Positions 9,123-16,890 of a stretch of 53,943 nt of DNA are shown here, in pieces. Position 1 is the first letter of the stretch. Each line of letters begins with the position of its first letter. The notes below the pieces were generated by a model that ran no database searches, was not told the origin of the DNA, and worked only from the letters and a program-made list of their open reading frames with translations. Location of the stretch: positions 1-53,943 of the IMG/VR virus record IMGVR_UViG_3300035670_000275; one strand, given 5' to 3'. The DNA is from a virus (Duplodnaviria; Caudoviricetes). A program made the position numbers and the translations under genes.

Positions 9123-10681
9123 TAAATCTTCTCGTTTGTAATGATGTAATCGCCGCCACCAAGAGAAATAAACTCAATAATCATATCTGGTATTAACGAA
9201 AAAACCATTCCGTTGCCAAAATTTAGAGTAACAGGGCATAGGGTTGATCTATTAACCATAGTTGTTTTTAAACCAGGAAGTTCACGACCAAGCACAAAAC
9301 CTATATTATGCATATCCTGTCCGAAATAACCAACAGCTGGATCCAACACAATTATATCGGCTGGTTCCAACCCAGTAATTTCAGTAACTTCGTTCAACTC
9401 AATGTAAGTAATAGTTGGAGCTTTGTATGCAGTTTCTTGTGTAGTATTATCTGGGAATAGGATATATGGATTTCCAATTTGTTTCTCGAAAACAACTGGT
9501 CCACCGCCAGCAAAGTTATCTGTTAGAGTTACTTCCCACGAATCAGTATCTGAACTCCATTCTTGAATACTTAGGATGTTATACATGTCACCGCCAACGC
9601 GAAGTAACCATGCGCTATCAACTATATTAGAGAAATCTGCTGGGACTCTAGATTTCTGAAAATGGATATTATTTTGGTAGTAGTGGCTGACTTCATAAAC
9701 GCCACTTCCTGGCATTGCCTCACCCAATGCTACAGAAGCAGTACCAGTTCCAACAAAATTCCAACCATTAATATTTAAACCACTAGCACCAGGAGTCAGA
9801 TTAGGGATAGTTGGTTTGTCTGTTAGATCGTTATAGCTTGAAACTCCACCTAATAAACCTTGGTTATCTGTCAAATCAGATACGTCTTGTGGAATATTTG
9901 GCATGTCTTGCAAGTCATAAAAATTAACTTGAGGTACGCTTGCTTCAAAGTCGCTAATGATGCCTGCTTTTAGAACTTGTGCACCAGACTCTGGGTCTTC
10001 AAAAATTGTCATCATTAATTCTGTATTTGCTGGGTCAACTTCATTCCCATTATATACAGAAGGAATAACCCACATGTTATCAGAATTTAATGCAGCGAAA
10101 TCAATTTGTTCTAACGAAGCCTCTGGATAATCATACCCATCAACATAAATGTCTGTGATAAAACCATCTTCTGTCACATCATATCTGTAAGGGGTCAAGT
10201 AGTCGCCTCTAGCAATACCCCAATCATTGGCGTTATAAACCAATTGATAGAAAACTTGGTCAACGATAAAAAATGAATTAGAGTCTAATGGATTTTCAAC
10301 TGTCCACAATGCAGTATCATTAAAATAAACATCTTCTTCTGTTCTTTGGTCATCAAGCATAGAAGCCCAAACGAGTTTTCTATTTACACCTGGGATAACA
10401 ACCTTACCATATTGATCAGCAGAAATTTTAGTTCCACCAAGATTAATAGTATTTCCACTTAGATATAAATCTCTGAAGCGATTTGTTGGTGAACCAAGGT
10501 CGTATGTTTCACTTGATGTTGGAATAATATCAGTAGAAACTGCAGTTAGGTCAACGTCACCCCCACCATTTGCTGCATATAACTCATCAAAGTTTTCGTT
10601 AATCTTTTCAAACGCTGTGCGTAATGGATCACCAGACTTATTGTCTGCCATTGTTCCAAGGTTGACTGTTTGTTTAGCCAT
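9122..10681 (-). CDS. Fibre/appendage protein with gp9/gp10-type N-terminal attachment segment
   Basis: N-terminus MAKQTVNLGTMADNKSGDPLRTAFEKINENFDELY. Fibre-type motifs YDLGSPTNRFRDLYLSG and SYNDLTDKPTIP. TAATG overlaps with gp14 and gp15. Confidence 0.65.
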   Translation of the reverse strand: MAKQTVNLGTMADNKSGDPLRTAFEKINENFDELYAANGGGDVDLTAVSTDIIPTSSETYDLGSPTNRFRDLYLSGNTINLGGTKISADQYGKVVIPGVNRKLVWASMLDDQRTEEDVYFNDTALWTVENPLDSNSFFIVDQVFYQLVYNANDWGIARGDYLTPYRYDVTEDGFITDIYVDGYDYPEASLEQIDFAALNSDNMWVIPSVYNGNEVDPANTELMMTIFEDPESGAQVLKAGIISDFEASVPQVNFYDLQDMPNIPQDVSDLTDNQGLLGGVSSYNDLTDKPTIPNLTPGASGLNINGWNFVGTGTASVALGEAMPGSGVYEVSHYYQNNIHFQKSRVPADFSNIVDSAWLLRVGGDMYNILSIQEWSSDTDSWEVTLTDNFAGGGPVVFEKQIGNPYILFPDNTTQETAYKAPTITYIELNEVTEITGLEPADIIVLDPAVGYFGQDMHNIGFVLGRELPGLKTTMVNRSTLCPVTLNFGNGMVFSLIPDMIIEFISLGGGDYIITNEKI

Positions 10682-11430
10682 TATACTGTCCTATCTGTTT
10701 TAATTGTTGTCTGATCAGCAGTTAATGTAGAAGTATCGGCTGCTCTAGAATATCCTGGGGCATTAGTTGAGCCAACTTCACCAAATGGGTTAGACTCATC
10801 AAATATTGCATTTTCTGATACAGCTTTATCTTTGAATGTTTGGTTATCAGCAAAACCAGTAGCATCTTCAACTTCTGGATTAACAGTGACGTCAAACGAT
10901 TTTAGATTTTCAAACACGTCAATTTCTGGTATGCCAGTATCAATCTTCTCGCTACTGTATTGGAATAGTTCAATATCAAGTTTGTATGTGTATAACTTAC
11001 CAAGTTGGTAGAAAGGTTCTTGATGTTTAACAAACTTAATTTCAAATAAACCCTTAGTTAAAGGATAGTAAATTAAATCACCTTCGTTTGGTCTGTTTGG
11101 TAGATATGTTGTACCGTGAATACCAATCAGATCATTCCAGCGTTTACGAGCAACTGTTAGAGTTGCAGACTGATCCATCAATAAACCGAACTTCTGGATA
11201 ATCGCACCTTGTCCAGCGAAACTATTGATATTGTCAAAATACATTTCAATTGGATATGCATGTTCAAATTTACTTAAACGATCTTCTCCAAAAATTTTAT
11301 CTACTGATACTTGTTTTCTTGGAATATACAAGAAATCTTTACCGTAGATCTTAAGAGACTCAATAATGATTTCTTCTATAAGATCTTGTTCACCAGTAGT
11401 ACCTTGGGTGAAATATGGATTTGTCGCCAT
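10681..11430 (-). CDS. gp14: Neck protein
   Basis: NPYF..EQDLIEEIIIESLKIYG.D..YIPR, FGED..SKF..AYPIEMY, RPNEGDLIYYPL, PFYQLGK motifs. Confidence 0.93.
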   Translation of the reverse strand: MATNPYFTQGTTGEQDLIEEIIIESLKIYGKDFLYIPRKQVSVDKIFGEDRLSKFEHAYPIEMYFDNINSFAGQGAIIQKFGLLMDQSATLTVARKRWNDLIGIHGTTYLPNRPNEGDLIYYPLTKGLFEIKFVKHQEPFYQLGKLYTYKLDIELFQYSSEKIDTGIPEIDVFENLKSFDVTVNPEVEDATGFADNQTFKDKAVSENAIFDESNPFGEVGSTNAPGYSRAADTSTLTADQTTIKTDRTV

Positions 11431-11433
11431 GGA

Positions 11434-12399
11434 TTACCCCAAGAAGAAATCTAGTGGAGCTGACTTAGTTCTTAATTCATCTTCTAGATCTTCAATCTCT
11501 TTCATAGCTTCCGAATACAATTTATCGCCATCTAAAGTTACGCCACCTGGCAATTGAATACCAGAGAACTTCTTAATGTTAATAGCCCACTGCTTTTTAA
11601 ATAATGCAGTTACATAATGTTTCAACCAAGGTTCATTGAACACTTTAGCAAAATCTGCAGGGTTGATGGCACGGTATCCTTGTAGTAAAACATAGTCGCC
11701 AATAATAATATCAGTTTCCCAGTTTACATCAAGGTATAAACGATTTTGCATACGGTTAAAACGATACAATGGGTGACCGTTTAATTCAAGGTCAAGCATC
11801 GCTAAGTGTGACATTACTGTTTTGTAATAAACGATAGATGTAGAAGTAAGGTCGTATAAGTCGTTTAAGCGAAGTTGATATTGTAGATCGAAAATATTTT
11901 TAGATGACGATGCTTGACCAATATTTAAAACCTTAGTAACACCATAAACGTAGTCTGGTGTTGTGATGTATTTTAGATCGTACTCTCCAAGGGTTACTGG
12001 ATTAGATGCTGCAAGAACAGCAGTATTACCAGAAGAACCGTTGATTGTTTCTCCAGCAACGAATGTGCCAGTTACGTTTCTGACATAGATGCTACCATTA
12101 ACTGGTTGGCTGCCAGACTCCTGACAAACTTGTGCTTTTGCTCCAGAAGTTGCGCCAGTAATATTTTCTGCAATAACAAAAGACGTACCATTATTAGATT
12201 GCAAGTTTAAAGTGGTTGCACGAATACGATGTTTCAGGTACATCTGCTCTACACCCTCGTAGTGGTATAGATTCCAATATTCCAGCGCTTCATCTAAACG
12301 ATCCTCTAATTGAGTATCGTCAACGTTAATTTCCAAAACAGGTGCACCCAGCGCTCGTAGTGCGTATTGTTTTAATTGATCTCTAGATGCAGTTGCCAT
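11434..12399 (-). CDS. gp13: Neck protein
   Basis: LKQYALRALGAPVLEINVDDTQLEDRLDEAL, WLKHYVTALFKKQW..NIKKFSGIQLPGGVTLDG motifs. Confidence 0.95.
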   Translation of the reverse strand: MATASRDQLKQYALRALGAPVLEINVDDTQLEDRLDEALEYWNLYHYEGVEQMYLKHRIRATTLNLQSNNGTSFVIAENITGATSGAKAQVCQESGSQPVNGSIYVRNVTGTFVAGETINGSSGNTAVLAASNPVTLGEYDLKYITTPDYVYGVTKVLNIGQASSSKNIFDLQYQLRLNDLYDLTSTSIVYYKTVMSHLAMLDLELNGHPLYRFNRMQNRLYLDVNWETDIIIGDYVLLQGYRAINPADFAKVFNEPWLKHYVTALFKKQWAINIKKFSGIQLPGGVTLDGDKLYSEAMKEIEDLEDELRTKSAPLDFFLG

Positions 12400-12411
12400 T
12401 TTTGGTTAACC

Positions 12412-12720
12412 TTACTGTTTTGGATATTTATCTTTTACTGCTTGTACTGCTTCAAGATATGCTTGCATTGGGGCATCATTACCGTTTGCTTGGTGAAATA
12501 ATGCATCAGCCAATACTGATAACTTTGGGTATTCTTTGACACGTTTAAGTTGGTATTCTTTTTCTTTGTCAAGCTGTACTAAACGTTCTGCTTCTTTACG
12601 AATCTCTTCATCGGATGGTCTTGGTGTATCATCTTGAAAAACTAAATTGCCGTCAGCATCTTCATACGCTGGACCAGTAAATCCAAGATTGATAAGAGCC
12701 TCAATTTGTCGTTTGCTCAT
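12412..12720 (-). CDS. Putative fibre assembly chaperone (XkdW-like small protein)
   Basis: PRPSDEEI...EYQLKRVKEYP...DALFH...AVKDKYPK pattern typical of small proteins following fibre genes in aquatic phages. Position directly after the three fibre-like paralogs. Confidence 0.55.
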   Translation of the reverse strand: MSKRQIEALINLGFTGPAYEDADGNLVFQDDTPRPSDEEIRKEAERLVQLDKEKEYQLKRVKEYPKLSVLADALFHQANGNDAPMQAYLEAVQAVKDKYPKQ

Positions 12721-12729
12721 TTTTATTCC

Positions 12730-13308
12730 TTAAACTTGATATTCTGTTATAATTAAAGTTGAAACACCAGCTTCATACGAATCTGCACCAGCGCTAGTTA
12801 CAGTTCTGTTAACATAAAAAGTTCTGGCAGTACCGTTAGATGATCTAATATGTAGTCTATATGTAGAAGCTGTTGATAAACTAGATTTATCAACAAACCT
12901 AAACGCTATATTATCTGGCGTTGATGATGTATCTGGATCGTAAAACTGCGCATAAACACCAGACCATCTATTACCAGTTGCTCCACTTGAATTAGTTGAA
13001 TCTGGTAATGGTACGTTATTTCTGGTTACAACAAAAACTACATCGTGGGAGTTACACTCACCATTAACCATATAATCTAATACAATTATGTTGCCTGCTT
13101 TCTTTGGCGTGTGAGTCAGAGTCAACAAAGCCATTTCAGTACCGTTACCAGAAACTGGCGCTGTGTATGTTGTTATGGTTCTACTAACTATTGTTGAAAC
13201 GCCAACTGGCGTTCCTGGATACCCCATATTTCCAGCAGTTATAATTCCATCTGGTAAACCACTAGCAGCTAACCCTGTAATTGTTCCGTTTCCTAATACT
13301 ATTGGCAT
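12730..13308 (-). CDS. Short fibre/tip beta-sandwich protein, paralog 3 of 3
   Basis: Shares GTITGL..GLP, YSAPVSGNGT, TPKKAGN, GATGNRWSG and SAGADSYEAGVS blocks with its two neighbours. Confidence 0.6.
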   Translation of the reverse strand: MPIVLGNGTITGLAASGLPDGIITAGNMGYPGTPVGVSTIVSRTITTYTAPVSGNGTEMALLTLTHTPKKAGNIIVLDYMVNGECNSHDVVFVVTRNNVPLPDSTNSSGATGNRWSGVYAQFYDPDTSSTPDNIAFRFVDKSSLSTASTYRLHIRSSNGTARTFYVNRTVTSAGADSYEAGVSTLIITEYQV

Positions 13309-13963
13309 TATACATATACCTCATGAGCTACGCCAGTTGAAACGCCAGCTTCGTAATTATCAGCTCCAGCGCTGGAGTATGGTCTATTTAAATAGTAAGT
13401 GTTTGCAGTACCATTGGATGATCTGATACAAATAGAATACGTTGTCGCTGTTGCTAACGAACTATTATCTACGAAATATATTGTGTCAACAACTGGCGTT
13501 GATGATGTGTTATTATCGTAGTTGTTAGTGACAATACCAGACCATCTATTGCCAGTTGCACCACTAACATTAGTTGCGCCAGCAAGCGGTGTGCCATTTC
13601 TAGTTATCGTATACACCGAGTTGTATCCAGCTTCATTATGAAGCATCCACTTAAGAATAATCTTGTTTCCAGCTTTCTTTGGCGTGATTGTTAAATTAAC
13701 TAAAGCGATAGCAGTACCGTTACCAGAAACTGGTGCACTATAACTGGCTTGTGTTCGTGTTTGAACATATACTGTATTGACAATGTTTCCAGGATAACCA
13801 ATTTCAGTCGCTGTAATTGTCCTGTCTGGCAAACCACCAGCAACTAAGCCTGTAATTGTTCCATTTCCTATTTCTAAAGCCATTATCTATGTATCTCCGT
13901 TAAAACACAACTTGAAACACCAGCTTCATACGAATCTGCACCAGCGCTAGTTACAGTTCTGTT
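12759..13963. repeat. 52-bp perfect direct repeat between paralogs (12759-12810 and 13912-13963)
   Basis: ttgaaacaccagcttcatacgaatctgcaccagcgctagttacagttctgtt occurs identically at both positions. Confidence 0.9.
13308..13883 (-). CDS. Short fibre/tip beta-sandwich protein, paralog 2 of 3
   Basis: Same conserved blocks as its neighbours, with TAATG stop-start overlaps. Confidence 0.6.
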   Translation of the reverse strand: MALEIGNGTITGLVAGGLPDRTITATEIGYPGNIVNTVYVQTRTQASYSAPVSGNGTAIALVNLTITPKKAGNKIILKWMLHNEAGYNSVYTITRNGTPLAGATNVSGATGNRWSGIVTNNYDNNTSSTPVVDTIYFVDNSSLATATTYSICIRSSNGTANTYYLNRPYSSAGADNYEAGVSTGVAHEVYV

Positions 13964-14464
13964 GAGATATGCTGTACGAGCAGTTGCACCAGAAGCCCTG
14001 ACGTGTATCCTATATGTAGAAGCTGTTGAAAGGCTTGACTTATCAACAAATACAATTGTTACAGTGGTTGGCGTACTTGATTGATCACCATTTGATTCAT
14101 ATTGGTTTGTACCAATACCAGACCATCTATTGCCAGTTGCTCCACTTGAATTGGTTGAATCTGGTAATGGTACGTTATTTCTTGTTAGAACTAAAACAGT
14201 ATCCCAGTGCCATTCACCAGAAACTGTGAACTCACATATAACTACGTTTCCAGCTTTCTTTGGTGTAATCGTTGTTGTCAATAAAGCCATTTCAGTACCG
14301 TTACCAGAAACTGGTGCACTATAACTAGCTTGAGTTCGCGTTTGTTTTTGTACTACTTGTACAACTGCGCCAGGATAACCAATTTCAGGTTCAGTAATGA
14401 TACCTAATGGTAAACCACCTGCTGTAATACCAGTGATTGTTGTATCTCCGATTACAATCGCCAT
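13883..14464 (-). CDS. Short fibre/tip beta-sandwich protein, paralog 1 of 3
   Basis: Same conserved blocks, plus a GAVVQVVQ...TTITPK pattern common in fibre-tip proteins of aquatic phages. Confidence 0.6.
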   Translation of the reverse strand: MAIVIGDTTITGITAGGLPLGIITEPEIGYPGAVVQVVQKQTRTQASYSAPVSGNGTEMALLTTTITPKKAGNVVICEFTVSGEWHWDTVLVLTRNNVPLPDSTNSSGATGNRWSGIGTNQYESNGDQSSTPTTVTIVFVDKSSLSTASTYRIHVRASGATARTAYLNRTVTSAGADSYEAGVSSCVLTEIHR

Positions 14465-14466
14465 GA

Positions 14467-15441
14467 TTAATTAACCTTCTTTTTAATTTCTTCTACTTGT
14501 ACAGATAGTTCTTTAATCGCTTCAACTAGTAGAGGTACAAGACGCTCATATTGAATTGTTAGATAATTCTCACCGCTTTTGCTATTTCCATCTTCGTCAA
14601 TATCAAATGGAGCTGGTTTGACTGCTTGTGGTTGTACGGCTTTAACATCTTGAGCATATAAACCAATTTGCTCTTCATAGTTGTTATAACCAAAATCTTC
14701 TGCAAGTTTATTTTGAGTATAGATAACACCAACTAAAGAATTAACTTTTTCTAGAGCATTTTCAATCTGAGAGACTTCATCTTTTAGTCGCTTGTCAGAA
14801 TAGTATGCTGTAATTGTATTTGTTGCTCTTATTTGTCCTGCAGTGCCAGATGCAGCTGTACCAACGCCAATAGAACCAAACTGGTAGTTTCCAGCAGTGT
14901 CTAAACGAGCGATCGGTAAAGTACCAGAACCGATATATCCTGCATTAACATCTGTAATTGGAATAGTGATGTTTGAGGTGCCGTCAAAAGAAGTAGCAGT
15001 ACCTGTTGCCCCAGTACCGATAGCAATAGTTCTAGCAGTTTGTAATTTAGTTGCGTTGCCAGCAATAACAGAAGATTGATCTAGCCATGTTGGTGCGCCA
15101 GTACCACTAGATCTAAGAAGTTGACCTACAGATCCTGCGGCTGAATGCCCTGTTGTATTTACCGCTGTTTGATATGGTACACTACCAGCAACTCCACCAT
15201 TAATATTATTTGCTTGGGTAGCAGTTCCTGATAAAGAAGCACTAATAGTACCTGCGATAAAGTTACCAGATGCATCTCGGCGAACGGCTTTATTCGCAGT
15301 GTTTGTACTAACTGCATCTGCAGTTTCTAGCTTATCTGTATTCAGGTTAATAAAATTGGTATCAATCTCAGTGTTGGAGAGTGGACTATTCTTTACTGTC
15401 GCTCCACCACCTGATGTCACCCTTGTTGTTATTGCCGCCAT
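14467..15441 (-). CDS. Tail fibre protein with C-terminal intramolecular chaperone (peptidase S74-like)
   Basis: GNATKLQTARTI fibre motif. ITAYYSDKRLK cleavage motif, then IENALEKV...GLYAQDV...YERLVPLLVEAIKEL coiled coil. Confidence 0.85.
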   Translation of the reverse strand: MAAITTRVTSGGGATVKNSPLSNTEIDTNFINLNTDKLETADAVSTNTANKAVRRDASGNFIAGTISASLSGTATQANNINGGVAGSVPYQTAVNTTGHSAAGSVGQLLRSSGTGAPTWLDQSSVIAGNATKLQTARTIAIGTGATGTATSFDGTSNITIPITDVNAGYIGSGTLPIARLDTAGNYQFGSIGVGTAASGTAGQIRATNTITAYYSDKRLKDEVSQIENALEKVNSLVGVIYTQNKLAEDFGYNNYEEQIGLYAQDVKAVQPQAVKPAPFDIDEDGNSKSGENYLTIQYERLVPLLVEAIKELSVQVEEIKKKVN

Positions 15442-15473
15442 GTTTTGGTTCCTAAGTTATCTCTTGGATTATA

Positions 15474-16193
15474 TTATTTAGCTAAAAAAGATTCCATGTA
15501 TTCGTCATATGTTGGAATAAAACCACCCTCATATGATTTTAACTGTTTTTGTAGGAATTCTTTAACTTGTTTTTCTCTGATATCCACATAAAACCTTATC
15601 ATATACATTGGTTTATCGCTGTAATTAAAGGCATTATGGTAGTGGTAACTATTAAAAACGTATAGTCTACCGTTCTCGTATTGTGAATCGTATTGTGAAA
15701 TTGGTGTTGTATGGTCAGCTAGACGATACTCCATAAAATTTATTACACTATATTTTGAGCCTTCTGGTATAGATAAAGGTAACTGGAATACAGAAATCCA
15801 GTCAGGCTGACCAGCTTCGGACATATGGCCATGCCATCCAACAGAGCATCCTGGTTTAATATTCTCAAACCTAGCTAACAATTTCCCACCACCCATAGAT
15901 TCTATAATGCTTCTAAGATATGGGCACTTCTCAATAGCTGGAGATGGTTTAAAATCTCCAGTCCATGGTTCTTCTGGGTTAGAAACAGCCGACCCGTCTA
16001 TACTATAAAGAGCCACGCTATCCCAATTATTATCAACGTCATGTATCGGCATGAACTCGCCAAACCTAAATCCGCTTTTGAATGGAGATAGATCGTATGG
16101 TAAATTCAATAGTTCATTTAACACCCTATCGGCATCAAAATATACATCAGTTGGTAAATGGGCGATATCGTTTAACTTATTTAATGTATTCAC
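15474..16193 (-). CDS. Cupin-fold oxygenase, Asp/Asn beta-hydroxylase-like
   Basis: W..VALYS..G, KCPYLRSIIE, IKPGCSVGWHGH, QLPLSIP, GRLYVFNSYHYHNAFNYSDKP. This is the layout of the aspartyl/asparaginyl beta-hydroxylase family. Confidence 0.7.
   Translation of the reverse strand: MNTLNKLNDIAHLPTDVYFDADRVLNELLNLPYDLSPFKSGFRFGEFMPIHDVDNNWDSVALYSIDGSAVSNPEEPWTGDFKPSPAIEKCPYLRSIIESMGGGKLLARFENIKPGCSVGWHGHMSEAGQPDWISVFQLPLSIPEGSKYSVINFMEYRLADHTTPISQYDSQYENGRLYVFNSYHYHNAFNYSDKPMYMIRFYVDIREKQVKEFLQKQLKSYEGGFIPTYDEYMESFLAK
15475..15482 (-). promoter_or_regulatory. Late promoter-like box (GCTAAATA) upstream of the S74 fibre gene
   Basis: TAAATA core overlapping the last codons of the upstream oxygenase, about 34 nt before the fibre ATG. 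Confidence 0.5.
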
Positions 16194-16890
16194 CTGTATA
16201 TTCCTTCACTGCTCGTTCAACCATATCATACACATTATCATCTCTTAAGTCTGCAAAAAATCTTATGGTTAACCTTGGTGTTGTTACATTGTGATTGAAA
16301 ACATTATGGTAATGATATGCGTTAAAAATAACTGGTGTTCCTGGTTCATATGAAGATTCATATACACGTGGCGCACCATTTGAAAAATCGTTTGTTCTAT
16401 AATCTTTATTTGATATTACAGAGTATTTAAAACCTTCAGGGATGGTTATCGGGACTTGTACAATCATATGGGTTTCTGGGTGATATAACTCAAAAACATG
16501 ATTATGCCAGCCCATAACAGACATCGGCATAAGTTCTTCAACTCTACACAACGCTTTGCCTGCCCCAAGGGAATCAATAACCTCATAGGTATAGGGCATA
16601 AATTCTCTCAAACCAGTCTCTTGAAATTTACCCCATATTCTTTCTAGCTCTCCTGGTCCAGCACCTTCCATCCTATCACACATCATCTCGCCATTATAAC
16701 TATACAGCGATATGTTATTCCACTGACTCTTATCGTGTCCATGGTTGGATTGCATAGTAGCTTCGTATGGAAAAAGAGGGAATGGACAATTTCTAACCTC
16801 TTCTTCAATACGTTTAGGGTCATACTGAAACAAGAGAGGTAGGTGGGGGATATCCCTAACTAGTTCAGCCAATTTCAATGGATTTCGCAT
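16177..16890 (-). CDS. Cupin-fold oxygenase, Asp/Asn beta-hydroxylase-like (paralog)
   Basis: WNNISLYSYNG, MPYTYEVI, MGWHNH, QVPITIP, GTPVIFNAYHYHNVFNHNVTTPRLTIRF. Clearly homologous to 15474-16193. Confidence 0.7.
   Translation of the reverse strand: MRNPLKLAELVRDIPHLPLLFQYDPKRIEEEVRNCPFPLFPYEATMQSNHGHDKSQWNNISLYSYNGEMMCDRMEGAGPGELERIWGKFQETGLREFMPYTYEVIDSLGAGKALCRVEELMPMSVMGWHNHVFELYHPETHMIVQVPITIPEGFKYSVISNKDYRTNDFSNGAPRVYESSYEPGTPVIFNAYHYHNVFNHNVTTPRLTIRFFADLRDDNVYDMVERAVKEYTGEYIK

Noticed and set aside
12730-14464. Possible diversity-generating retroelement template/variable repeat pair, or CRISPR-like repeats
   Set aside because: All copies lie in intact paralogous ORFs. No reverse transcriptase is in the window, no adenine-specific mismatch pattern is evident, and there is no regular repeat-spacer structure.
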